Shown: positions 8,357 through 18,686 of the stretch, piece after piece
Position numbering within the stretch: the stretch's first letter is position 1
How the letters are laid out: every line of letters begins with the position of its first letter
Assembly (NCBI GenBank): GCA_035294565.1
Contig: DATGKR010000009.1
Location: 7,193 to 71,192, forward strand
From: Acidimicrobiales bacterium
Lineage (GTDB): Bacteria; Actinomycetota; Acidimicrobiia; Acidimicrobiales; Palsa-688
Direction: 5' to 3'
Length of the DNA stretch: 64,000 bases
Made by a program: the position numbers and the translations under genes
The notes under the pieces: generated by a model
What the model was told of the DNA's origin: nothing
Seen by the model: only the letters and a program-made list of their open reading frames with translations
The model's database searches: none

Positions 8357-9108
8357 CCACTCTGGTTCATGACGAACAGGTCATGGGAACTGTCGTATCA
8401 TTCGGCGTCGACCATGATCGTGACGGGCGCGACGCCGCCCGGCAAGCCGTCGCTTCTGCGTGCGCCATCCTGCATCACGTCGATGCGGTGTTCAGCACAT
8501 GGAAGCCGGACAGCCCGATGAGCCGCTTCCGGCGCGGGGAGCTCGAACGGCCGCCCCCCGAGATCGAATGTGTCCTCGACCTGTGCTGCGAAGCCAAACA
8601 GCTGTCCGGAGGATGGTTCGACCCCTGGGCGATGCCGGGGGGCGTGGATCCGACAGGACTGGTCAAGGGATGGGCAGCCGAGGAGGCGCTGGCCGGCCTG
8701 GCAGCCGCCGGGGTGCGGTCGGCGATCGTCAACGCCGCCGGCGACGTGACGATGCTGGCAGAGTCTGGCCGCACCTGGCGGCTCGGTGTCCGCCACCCCT
8801 GGCGGGCCGATGCGCTTGCCTGCATCGTGGAGACGGCTGTTCCGGTTGCCACGTCCGGCACCTACGAGCGCCCGGCTCAGCTGATCGTACCGGAGGCCGT
8901 GGCAGGCCGCGTCGATACCAGTAGGCGGCCCGTGTCTGCGACTGTCATTGGCCCGAGCCTGGCGCTGGCCGACGCTCTGGCCACGGCGCTGTGCGTGGGC
9001 GGAGACGAAGTGCTCGCCATGATCGACGCGGAAGATGGCTTCGATGGATACGTGATCTTCGACGACGGTGCGGAGGCGTGGACCCCGCGGTTCCCCTTTG
9101 CCTCCTGA
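8353..9108 (+). CDS. apbE: FAD:protein FMN transferase (ApbE family)
   Basis: Frame of track ORF 7879..9108. Start taken at GTG 8353, which overlaps the TGA of the FMN-binding gene. VMGTVVSFGV, MSRFRRGEL, GGWFDPWA, TGLVKGWAAEEA, VNAAGDV, VATSGTYER and ADALATAL match the ApbE layout. Confidence 0.82.
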   Translation: MTTLVHDEQVMGTVVSFGVDHDRDGRDAARQAVASACAILHHVDAVFSTWKPDSPMSRFRRGELERPPPEIECVLDLCCEAKQLSGGWFDPWAMPGGVDPTGLVKGWAAEEALAGLAAAGVRSAIVNAAGDVTMLAESGRTWRLGVRHPWRADALACIVETAVPVATSGTYERPAQLIVPEAVAGRVDTSRRPVSATVIGPSLALADALATALCVGGDEVLAMIDAEDGFDGYVIFDDGAEAWTPRFPFAS

Positions 9109-9341
9109 GATCCTCCCCGCCAACTCGCGCGGAGAGAACGGGCGGCCGTGCGCCCTCCGGTCTTTTCGTATCGAAGACCATCAGAATGACAGGCGAACCG
9201 CCGCCCGCCCGCTCCCGAACCCCGCTTTCGCCACACGCTAGGGAAAGTTCTGGTAAGAAAACCCCCAGCGTCCTCGCCGTGCGGGGTCGGGGTTAAGATG
9301 ACCCACCGCGGGCCGGGATCGCCGGAGGGAGTCCTCGATAA

Positions 9342-10802
9342 GTGGATGGTCGGTGGATACGAAAACGTGGCAGGCACGCGAAGCGCCCATCCTTCGCGCA
9401 GCGGCGCCGCGCCGAGCGAGGGGCGTTGATAGGTCTCGGGATGGCCGTGGTGTTGGTTCTCGTCGCCATCACGGTCGGTGCCACCGGCGTTGGTTCCCGA
9501 GTGCGCACCCGGAGCCCCGCGACTCGTTCGACCCAGACGCCTGCTACGACCAAGCCGCCTGCTCCGACCACGGCCCCGCCGCCGTCTCCGGTGTGGAGGG
9601 TGGCATGGGGGTCGGCCATGGCGTGGGGGTACGGGACGGCGTCAGACGTCACCGTCCGCGATCTCGCGACCTTGGGCGTCGGCGGCGAAGCGGTGCGGAT
9701 ACGGGTCTCGAACCTGTTCGGCAACGCCCCTCTGGTGATCAGCGCCGCCACCATCGGTCTCGACTCCGGGGGCGCCGCTGTCGTGCCGGGATCGCTCCAC
9801 ACCGTCACGTTCGGCGGCCAGCCCGGCACCACCGTGGCGGTTGGCCGCTTCGCCTACAGCGATCCCGTGGCCATGCCGGTGAGCCCCATGCAGACGGTGG
9901 CCATCAGCCTCTACGTCAGCGACACCGACCTTGCGACGGTGCATCCATGCTGCACCAAGACAGTGTCCTATTACACGCCCAACGGGCGGGGCAACCTCAC
10001 TCGAGACGTGACGGGCGCCGGCTTGATCCCGAGCCCCTGGGAGCGCTGGGCGGATGCCGTCGACGTCCTCCAGACAACCGGCCGCGGGAGCATCGTGGTC
10101 GTCGGCGACTCGATAACAGACGGCTACCATTCGACCCTTCGGTGGACCCACGTGCTGCAGGAAAGAATCGATCAGCTCCCACCCTCCGAGCAGAGGGCGG
10201 TCGTCAACGAAGGGATCACCGCCAATGCCCTCACTTCGGTCGTGCACACCTACGCTGCCACTGGAGGAGGGCCTTCGGGGCTGTCACGGCTCGCCCCTGA
10301 CGCTCTCGACCAGTCGGGAGCGACCGAAGTCGTGCTCTTCCTCGGCACCAACGACCTGTGGTTCGGGGCGACGGCGGCCCAGGTGATCCAGGGGTACCAA
10401 CAGGCGATCCAAGCGGCTCACCAGGCCGGGCTGCGGATCGTAGGCGTGACGCTGCTGCCCCGCGAGAGCAATCCCGAGGAGCCGTGGACTCCTGAGGAGC
10501 AGGGACAGCTCGAGCAGGTCGACAAGTGGATCCTCACCTCCGGGCAGTTCGACGGGGTCCTCGACCTGGCGGCTGCTGTCGCCGACGTGTACAACGGGGC
10601 CTGCGCCCCCTACGTCATGTTCCCCCCCTACGACTCAGGCGACCACCTGCATCCGAACGCCGCCGGCCAGACCGCAATGGCGAATGCGGTCGACCCCTCG
10701 GTGCTCGAGTTACCTCCGCTGCCCACGGTGCCCCCGCTCGTTGACGCGACGCCGACCGCCAACTGCAACGCCGCGGCGGTCTACGCCGGTGCCCCGCAGT
10801 GA
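9342..10802 (+). CDS. secreted/anchored SGNH (GDSL-like) hydrolase with N-terminal accessory domain
   Basis: 486 aa. TM/signal segment LIGLGMAVVLVLVAITVGA followed by a T/P-rich linker. SGNH blocks: IVVVGDSITDGY (I), LFLGTNDLW (III), GDHLHPNAAG (V). Confidence 0.77.
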   Translation: MDGRWIRKRGRHAKRPSFAQRRRAERGALIGLGMAVVLVLVAITVGATGVGSRVRTRSPATRSTQTPATTKPPAPTTAPPPSPVWRVAWGSAMAWGYGTASDVTVRDLATLGVGGEAVRIRVSNLFGNAPLVISAATIGLDSGGAAVVPGSLHTVTFGGQPGTTVAVGRFAYSDPVAMPVSPMQTVAISLYVSDTDLATVHPCCTKTVSYYTPNGRGNLTRDVTGAGLIPSPWERWADAVDVLQTTGRGSIVVVGDSITDGYHSTLRWTHVLQERIDQLPPSEQRAVVNEGITANALTSVVHTYAATGGGPSGLSRLAPDALDQSGATEVVLFLGTNDLWFGATAAQVIQGYQQAIQAAHQAGLRIVGVTLLPRESNPEEPWTPEEQGQLEQVDKWILTSGQFDGVLDLAAAVADVYNGACAPYVMFPPYDSGDHLHPNAAGQTAMANAVDPSVLELPPLPTVPPLVDATPTANCNAAAVYAGAPQ

Positions 10803-10822
10803 CCGGTCGCCGTGCACCACGT

Positions 10823-11914
10823 TCAGCTGGGAGCTCCGGGGCAGGCCCCAGGTGCAGGCGGGGCGGAAGGTCCGCTGGTCAAGAAAGCCACCTGGGGCAC
10901 GTTTCCTTGGGCGACCATGGCCGTCGCGGCCGCCGCCTGACCGCGCAGCTCCAGGTCGAAGAAGTCCGTGACCACCGAGGCGACGATCGAGTGGTCCTCT
11001 CCGGCACCGATGTAGGGTGGGTAGTGCTCCGCGCCAACGAGGTCGAGGTACCACTTCGGTGACGGGGCGGAATCGTAGATCTGCGTGCTGCACGCTGGGA
11101 CGTTGACGGTGTCGGCGCTTCCCTGCACCACGAGCAGCGGCAGCGGCGGACCGGCGAAGTAGCGTCCGCCGAACGACGTGAGCTCCGCTCCCGAAAGCAC
11201 CGCAACTGCTTTGACCACGCTGTCCCGGCAGCAGGAGTTGTCGGCGACAGCCAGGCTCACGTCCCCTCCGTCGGAATGCCCGACGAGGCCGACCTGGTCG
11301 GAGTCGATCAGCCCCGAAAGCGTCGCACCCGGAGTGCCCGCTGATCTCAGGAGCGTGGCGAGCACGAACCGAAGGTCTGCCGGGTGGTTGACGATGTCCG
11401 CCTCGTCGAGCGCTGCTGGCTCAGAAGGGCTCGTGTGGGGGTACCTGGGGGCAGCAACGACGAACCCGGCTGAGGCCCAATCCTGGAGCAGGCCTTGGTA
11501 AGCCCCGACAGCGACGTCATAGCCCTGGGAAAAGACGAGCAGAGGGTAGGGTCCGCCAGTCCTGTCCGGCGTGGCACCGGCGGCGGTCCACATGGCGGGG
11601 TACCAGACCTCGGTAGGAAGGGAACGGCTGGGCGCTCCCGGCTCCACGATGCCGAGGTCGACCGTTCCGACCGGGTACGTCCCGGGCTTGGCGAGAGACC
11701 CCGGGTCCTTCGCCCGCCGGGCGACGGTGCTCGGCGGGGCCTGGGTCGTGGAAGGAGCCGAGGTGGCTGTCCCGATCGCCTTCGCCCCAGGAGCGCGACC
11801 GCTGCTGGGTCTGAGCGCAAGAGCGGCGAAGACACAACACAGGCCCACCACCAGGAGAACGCCGATTCGCCGCCGGCGCCTCGCTCGGAGGCGGCCAGCC
11901 GTCATCGGCTTCAA
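10823..11914 (-). CDS. secreted alpha/beta hydrolase (dienelactone hydrolase / PAF-acetylhydrolase-like)
   Basis: 363 aa. Signal-like N-terminus RRRRRIGVLLVVGLCCVFAALAL. Nucleophile elbow GLVGHSDGG. YPLLVFSQGY and VVAAPRYPHT are typical of this hydrolase group. Confidence 0.7.
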   Translation of the reverse strand: MKPMTAGRLRARRRRRIGVLLVVGLCCVFAALALRPSSGRAPGAKAIGTATSAPSTTQAPPSTVARRAKDPGSLAKPGTYPVGTVDLGIVEPGAPSRSLPTEVWYPAMWTAAGATPDRTGGPYPLLVFSQGYDVAVGAYQGLLQDWASAGFVVAAPRYPHTSPSEPAALDEADIVNHPADLRFVLATLLRSAGTPGATLSGLIDSDQVGLVGHSDGGDVSLAVADNSCCRDSVVKAVAVLSGAELTSFGGRYFAGPPLPLLVVQGSADTVNVPACSTQIYDSAPSPKWYLDLVGAEHYPPYIGAGEDHSIVASVVTDFFDLELRGQAAAATAMVAQGNVPQVAFLTSGPSAPPAPGACPGAPS

Positions 11915-11934
11915 AGGTTACAGGAGGGTCGCCG

Positions 11935-12621
11935 ATGCTGACCGTACGCCCGCTTTTGGACCACGACGTGGAGTCCAGCACCCAGATCCACCTGGAAGTC
12001 CTGCACATGGAGTTCCTTGCCCGGTGCGGAAGGCGCTTCATTGGCCACTACCACCGGGCGTGGCTGGCAAGTCCTCATGGGCTGGCACTGGCGTGCGTCG
12101 ACGGCGACGGGCGCCTGTTGGGCGTGGTGCTGGCGGCCCTCGATCCGCCAATGCACTTTCGCAGCATGGTTCGTCATCACGGACTGCGGCTCGCCTTTTC
12201 GCTTCTGGGACACGCTGTCGCAAACCCGGCTTTCGCCAAGACGCTGATCGCCACCCGGGCCGTCAGGTACTCCCGCGGCCTGGCCAGGATGCTCGTGGCG
12301 CAGCTGCACCCGGGGCAGAGGGCGGCCACTGCGACCGACGCCCAGGCGAGGGTGGGCGAAGTGACCCACGTGATGGTCTCGGCCCAGGCGCAGGGGCGCG
12401 GAGTCGGTAGAGCCCTTCTCGCCGAGGTCCGTCGGCAGGCGGCGCGGGCAGGGCTGTCGGAGCTGGTCCTCGTCACTCCTCCCGGTCTCGACGCGGCGGG
12501 GTTCTACGAGCACATGGGCTGGAAGCGAGACGGGCAGGTCACCAGCCGCAGCGGGGAGACGTTTCTTGCCTACCGCCTTCCCCTGGACGATCCGGGCGGC
12601 GGCGTCACCGAGGAGGTTTGA
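11935..12621 (+). CDS. GNAT family N-acetyltransferase
   Basis: 228 aa. Acetyl-CoA binding motif A is VMVSAQAQGRGVGRALLAEVRRQA. The C-terminal FYEHMGWKRDG is typical of GNAT. Confidence 0.75.
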   Translation: MLTVRPLLDHDVESSTQIHLEVLHMEFLARCGRRFIGHYHRAWLASPHGLALACVDGDGRLLGVVLAALDPPMHFRSMVRHHGLRLAFSLLGHAVANPAFAKTLIATRAVRYSRGLARMLVAQLHPGQRAATATDAQARVGEVTHVMVSAQAQGRGVGRALLAEVRRQAARAGLSELVLVTPPGLDAAGFYEHMGWKRDGQVTSRSGETFLAYRLPLDDPGGGVTEEV

Positions 12622-12966
12622 CGATGGACCAGGACAATTCACGTTGGCGTAAGGCTCGGGAGCCAAGATGGGTGCGTGAAGCGCGTTCCGGCCGTTGTGA
12701 ATCCGCGGGCAGTCCAGGGGCCCTCCTAAATGGCTGAGGGCCAGGGAGTCGTCGGTGACCGCCCAACGCTGATCCCGTCGGAAGGGGACGAGCTCGTCGA
12801 TGTGGCCGGATCGTATCCAACCCGCGGCCCTGGAGGCCCTCGAGCCGGGCTCGGCGGGCCGGCTGGCTCGTCGCGAGAGCAGACCCGCCCCCCGCGATCG
12901 TCGGGGGAGCGTGGTTTCCGACAGAGGCGCCCTGGAGGCGCCCTCGGCCGGCGCCTGGTCGCCCGG

Positions 12967-13638
12967 ATGTGGGACCGCCGGGTCGAACGCTGGGACCACC
13001 AGGCGGCCACAGACCTGCAGCCCGTGATCGACGCCGTCTTGGAGATCGCGGACGTGCAACGTGGCGCCGTGGCCGTGGATCTCGGCTGCGGCACCGGACA
13101 GCTCAGTCTGCCGATGGCCCGAGCCGGGGCCGACGTGCTGGCGGTCGACCTGAGCTCGACCATGGTGGAACGCCTGCAGCAAAAGGCCGAGGCGGCCGCC
13201 CTCGAAAGCCTGCGGGGCGTCGTCTGCCCGATGGAACTGCTCGACCTGCCTGCTGGAAGCGTGGACCTAGTTGTTTCCAGCTACGCCTTCCACCATGTGC
13301 GCGACCGCGACAAGGAGAGGCTCGTGGTCAACGCAGCCCGCTGGCTGCGACCAGGCGGAAAGCTGGTCCTCGGTGACATGATGTTCGGCCGCGGGGCGAC
13401 AGCACGCGACCGGGCCATAATCGTCTCGAAGTTCAAGATCCTGGCTCGGAGGGGACCAGGAGGGTGGTGGCGGCTGGTGAAGAACATCGCTCGCTACACG
13501 TTCCGGTTCCAGGAGCGTCCGGTGAGCATCGACACCTGGAAGCTCTACTTCGAACGAGCCGGGCTGGCCGAGATCCGCAGCCAGCCGGTGGTGTCGGAAG
13601 CGGCGGTCGTCTCGGGAACCAAGCCCGAGCCGGCCTGA
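12967..13638 (+). CDS. class I SAM-dependent methyltransferase
   Basis: Frame of track ORF 12730..13638. The upstream 79 codons are G/R/P-rich with no domain, so start chosen at ATG 12967 (MWDRRVERWD). Motif I VDLGCGTGQLSLPMA, then DLVVSSYAFHHV and LRPGGKLVLGD. Confidence 0.75.
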   Translation: MWDRRVERWDHQAATDLQPVIDAVLEIADVQRGAVAVDLGCGTGQLSLPMARAGADVLAVDLSSTMVERLQQKAEAAALESLRGVVCPMELLDLPAGSVDLVVSSYAFHHVRDRDKERLVVNAARWLRPGGKLVLGDMMFGRGATARDRAIIVSKFKILARRGPGGWWRLVKNIARYTFRFQERPVSIDTWKLYFERAGLAEIRSQPVVSEAAVVSGTKPEPA

Positions 13639-13714
13639 GTCTGAGCGCCGCCTTCTCCCTCCCGGCCCGGCGAGGGTCGACCCGGCCCGATAGTAGCTTG
13701 GTGACCGCGCGGCA

Positions 13715-13786
13715 CGGGGAGTGGCGCAGCGGTAGCGCACCTGCTTTGGGAGCAGGAGGCCGGGGGTTCGAATCCCCCCTCCCCGA
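13715..13786 (+). tRNA. tRNA-Pro (anticodon UGG)
   Basis: Cloverleaf CGGGGAG-TG-GCGC-AGCGGTA-GCGC-A-CCTGC-TTTGGGA-GCAGG-AGGCC-GGGGG-TTCGAAT-CCCCC-CTCCCCG-A. Anticodon TGG. CCA not encoded. Confidence 0.9.
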
Positions 13787-13902
13787 CCGACCGGCTCGCC
13801 GGGCGGGACCAGGTTTTGGGGAAGGCGGGCCTCGTGAGCCGTTGCCGGTGGCCTGAGGCCTCCGGCCGCATACGTCGCTGCACTGTTTAGACTCGGGGTC
13901 CT

Positions 13903-15249
13903 GTGAAGGCCGTCGTCGAGCCCCTCGAGGGCAACAAGGTGAAGTTGTCCATCGAGGTAGAAGAGCAGGAGTTCGAGCGCGACATCGACGCGGCGTTCCG
14001 CAAGATCGCCCGCGAGGTGCGCATCCCGGGCTTCCGGCCCGGCAAAGCTCCCCGGCGGATCCTCGAGGCTCGTCTGGGCAAGGAGACCGGGCGGGTCGAA
14101 GCTCTGCGGGAGGCGCTGCCCAACTACTACTCCCAGGCGGTGAGGGAGCACCAGGTGGATGTCGTCGCCCCCCCGGAGATAGACATCAAGGCCGGTCAGG
14201 AGGCGGGACCCGTTTCTTTCGACGCGGTGGTCGAGGTCCGTCCCCAAATCCAGGTGGCCGGCTACGCCGGGCTGAAGGTCGTGATCCCGAGCCGGGTCGT
14301 CACCCCCGAGGACGTGGACGCTCAGATCGACCGGCTGCGGGGCAACTTCGGAGAGCTCGTCCCGGTCGACCGTCCCGCCCGCAAGGGTGACCACGTGACG
14401 GTCGACCTCCAGGCGACCCACGACGGCCAGGCCGTATCAGGGCTCACCACCGACGACTTCCTCTACGAGGTAGGTTCCGGTTCGGTGCTCCCCGAGCTCG
14501 ACGCCCGGCTGGACGGGGCGAGGGTCGGGGACATCCTCGCCTTCGACGCCGACGTCCCCGGCACGGGACCGACCAGCTTCCGCGTGCTGGTCAAAGACGT
14601 GAAGGAGAAGGTCCTGCCCGACCTCACCGACGAGTGGGCGTCCGAGGCCTCCGAGTTCGACAGCGTCGCGGCGCTCAGGGCGGACATCGAGGAGCGTCTC
14701 TCCGCCCTGAAGCGGGTCCAGGCGGCGCTGGCACTTCGCAACGCCACGGTAGACGCGCTCGTGGAGCTGGTGGCCGAGGAGCCGCCGACCACCCTGGTCG
14801 ACGCCGAGATCCAACGGCAGCTCCACGACCTGCAGCACCGGCTGGAACGTCAGGGCGCCACCCTGCAGCAGTACCTGGAGGCAACCGGGAACTCCCCCGA
14901 AGAGCTGGTGGAGGCGATCCGCCGGCAGGCGCTCCCTGCTGTCAAGGCGGACCTGGCGCTGCGGGCTGTCGCCGAGGCTGAGGGGATCGAGCCGGAGGAA
15001 GGCGACCTCGAAGCCGAGATCGAGCGCCTCGCGGCCGGCTACAAGGCGAAACCGGAGCAACTGAGGCAGGAGTTGGAGCGCGCCGACCAGATGCCCGCGG
15101 TACGCTCGGACTGGAAGAAGACCCGGGCGCTGGAATGGCTGCTGGATCACGTGGAGATCGTCGATCCGGAGGGGCGTCCCGTCGACCGGGCCCTACTCGA
15201 GCCGCCCGCCGTCGCAGAGTCCCAGGATGAGGAGACCGGAGGACAATGA
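13903..15249 (+). CDS. tig: trigger factor
   Basis: 448 aa. [55 protein letters not shown] is the canonical trigger factor N-terminus (GFRxGKxP). Position immediately upstream of clpP-clpX. Confidence 0.95.
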   Translation: MKAVVEPLEGNKVKLSIEVEEQEFERDIDAAFRKIAREVRIPGFRPGKAPRRILEARLGKETGRVEALREALPNYYSQAVREHQVDVVAPPEIDIKAGQEAGPVSFDAVVEVRPQIQVAGYAGLKVVIPSRVVTPEDVDAQIDRLRGNFGELVPVDRPARKGDHVTVDLQATHDGQAVSGLTTDDFLYEVGSGSVLPELDARLDGARVGDILAFDADVPGTGPTSFRVLVKDVKEKVLPDLTDEWASEASEFDSVAALRADIEERLSALKRVQAALALRNATVDALVELVAEEPPTTLVDAEIQRQLHDLQHRLERQGATLQQYLEATGNSPEELVEAIRRQALPAVKADLALRAVAEAEGIEPEEGDLEAEIERLAAGYKAKPEQLRQELERADQMPAVRSDWKKTRALEWLLDHVEIVDPEGRPVDRALLEPPAVAESQDEETGGQ

Positions 15250-15881
15250 TCGACCCAGTCGCCCAATACCACATCCCGGGGGTGTTCGAGCAGACCAACC
15301 GCGGGGAGAAGAGCTACGACCTGTTCTCCAGGATGCTCGAGGAGAACATCGTCTTCCTCGGCACACCGATCGACGACTACGTGGCCAACGCCGTCTGCGC
15401 CCAGCTCCTCTACCTGGAGTACAAGAACGCAGACAAAGACATAAGCCTCTACATAAACTCACCCGGGGGCGACATCACGGCCCTCTTCGCGATCTACGAC
15501 ACGATGAAATTCGTGAAGAACGACATCTCGACGTTCTGCTACGGGCAGGCGGCCTCGGCAGCGGCGGTCATCCTCGCCGGCGGAACGAAGGGGAAGCGAT
15601 ATGCCCTCCCCCACGCCCGGATCCTCATCCACCAGCCCTACGGCGGGGCAGCAGGCCAGGCCGCCGACATCGAGATCCAGGCCAAGGAGATCCTGCGGAT
15701 GCGCGACCTGCTCAACCACATGCTCGCCCTTGACACAGGGCAGGAGGTCGAGCGCATCGCCCGCGACACCGACCGGGATTTCATCATGAGCGCCGAGGAG
15801 GCGTGCGAGTACGGCATCATCGACGAGGTGATCACGACCAGGGAGCTGGCCGTCGTCCCGCAGGCAGCGGGCGTGGCCTGA
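15246..15881 (+). CDS. clpP: ATP-dependent Clp protease proteolytic subunit
   Basis: 211 aa. [42 protein letters not shown] (Ser), [10 protein letters not shown] (His), RDTDRDF (Asp). ATGA overlap with tig. Confidence 0.95.
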   Translation: MIDPVAQYHIPGVFEQTNRGEKSYDLFSRMLEENIVFLGTPIDDYVANAVCAQLLYLEYKNADKDISLYINSPGGDITALFAIYDTMKFVKNDISTFCYGQAASAAAVILAGGTKGKRYALPHARILIHQPYGGAAGQAADIEIQAKEILRMRDLLNHMLALDTGQEVERIARDTDRDFIMSAEEACEYGIIDEVITTRELAVVPQAAGVA

Positions 15882-15897
15882 GGCGGGGGCGGGGGAA

Positions 15898-17178
<1,281 letters not shown>

Positions 17179-17185
17179 CCCGGTC

Positions 17186-18505
17186 TTGACGGTCGCCTTC
17201 TCCAACGTCGGCGACGCCCTCGAGTGGCTGGACCAGCACCAGAACCTCGAGCGGATGCTGGCCGAGGAGCCGCGTAGGCGCGAGCCCCCGGACCTGGGGA
17301 GGATGCGGGCCCTTGTGGACGCGCTCGGCCATCCCGAGACGGCCGCCCCGGTGGTCCACGTAACCGGCACGAACGGCAAGACCTCCACTGCCCGGTGCCT
17401 GACGTCGCTCTTCATGGCGAAGGGCCTGCGTGTCGGAACATTCACCAGCCCCCATCTGCAGGCGATCAACGAGCGGATCGCCACCGACGGCTCGCCGATC
17501 GACGATCGCTCGCTCTGCCAGGTGCTCGAGGAGGTCGCCGCTGTGGAGTCGTTCCTCCACCTGAGGCTCACCTGGTTCGAGATCCTGGCCGCGGCGGCGA
17601 TGCTGTGGTTCGCCGACCGTCCGGTGGACGTCGCCATCTACGAGGTGGGAATGGGCGGGAAGTGGGACGCCACAAACGTCGTGGACGCGTCGGTGGCCGT
17701 CGTGACGAACATAGGGCTCGACCACCTCGAGTTCCTCGGGCCCACCAGGGCCGACGTCGCCACCGAGAAGGCCGGCATCGTCAAGCCTCGCTCCACCTTG
17801 GTCCTCGGCGAGACCGACCCGGAGTTGCGGGGGATCTTCGCCGCCACCGAACCGGCAGCGTTGTGGCTGGCCGGGCGCGAGTGGGACTGCCCGCGCAACG
17901 CCGTCGCCGTCGGTGGCCGGGTGCTCGACCTGCGCACCCCGGGAGCCCGCTACGACGACGTCTGGCTGGACCTGCACGGCGGCCACCAGGGATGGAACTT
18001 CGCGGCCGCGCTCGCGGCGGTCGAAGCCTTCTTCGGGGCGCCTCTCGACGACCGACTGGTGCGGGAGGCCGCAGGAGCGGTCTCCTCCCCAGGGCGCCTC
18101 GAGGTGATCGGCAGCGACCCTCTGATAGTCCTCGACGGCGCCAAGAACCTGGAGGGAGCATCGGCCTCGGCGGCCGCTGTCGCCGAGGAGTTCGGAGCCG
18201 ACCGATCGCTCCTGCTGGTCGTGGGGATGCTCCGCGGTAAGGACCCCGCGCAGATGCTCTCCGCCCTGGGCGCCGCCCGGGCTCGGCTGGTCGTGTCCTG
18301 CCCCGCCCCCTCCCCCCGGACGCAGCCCCCCGAGGAGGTCGCCGCGGCCGCCCGCTCGGTCGGGGCGTCGGCCGTCGAGGTCGCCGATTCGGTGGCGTCG
18401 GCGCTCGACCTGGCCACCTCAAGGGCGGTGGCCGGCGACCTGGTCCTGGTCACGGGATCCCTCTACGTGGTCGGAGCTGCCCGGGCGGCGCTCGGGCTGG
18501 TCTGA
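17186..18505 (+). CDS. folC: bifunctional folylpolyglutamate synthase / dihydrofolate synthase
   Basis: 439 aa, TTG start. P-loop VHVTGTNGKTSTA. Mur-ligase layout (AIYEVGMGGKWDATNV, VVTNIGLDHLEFLG, VLDGAKN). Confidence 0.87.
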   Translation: MTVAFSNVGDALEWLDQHQNLERMLAEEPRRREPPDLGRMRALVDALGHPETAAPVVHVTGTNGKTSTARCLTSLFMAKGLRVGTFTSPHLQAINERIATDGSPIDDRSLCQVLEEVAAVESFLHLRLTWFEILAAAAMLWFADRPVDVAIYEVGMGGKWDATNVVDASVAVVTNIGLDHLEFLGPTRADVATEKAGIVKPRSTLVLGETDPELRGIFAATEPAALWLAGREWDCPRNAVAVGGRVLDLRTPGARYDDVWLDLHGGHQGWNFAAALAAVEAFFGAPLDDRLVREAAGAVSSPGRLEVIGSDPLIVLDGAKNLEGASASAAAVAEEFGADRSLLLVVGMLRGKDPAQMLSALGAARARLVVSCPAPSPRTQPPEEVAAAARSVGASAVEVADSVASALDLATSRAVAGDLVLVTGSLYVVGAARAALGLV

Positions 18506-18686
18506 GAGAGCTGTCGCAAAACCCGTGGGGACTCGTCTTCTATTGGTAGGTCTGCGCTTCGACCGTACCGAGCGCCACGCCGCCGACGCCTCGTCCGTTG
18601 GCGGCGATGCGCCTGCCGGCCGGCCCCGGTCTTCCAGCTCACGCTAGGGTCGCCCGCTCGTGGAACTCGTGGAGCCCAAGGAACTC

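Noticed and set aside
11935-12621. GNAT acetyltransferase considered as a GNAT-type toxin of a toxin-antitoxin pair
   Set aside because: At 228 aa it is larger than TacT/AtaT-type toxins. There is no small RHH/DUF1778-like antitoxin ORF upstream or downstream, and the 20-nt gap to the divergent hydrolase leaves no room for one.
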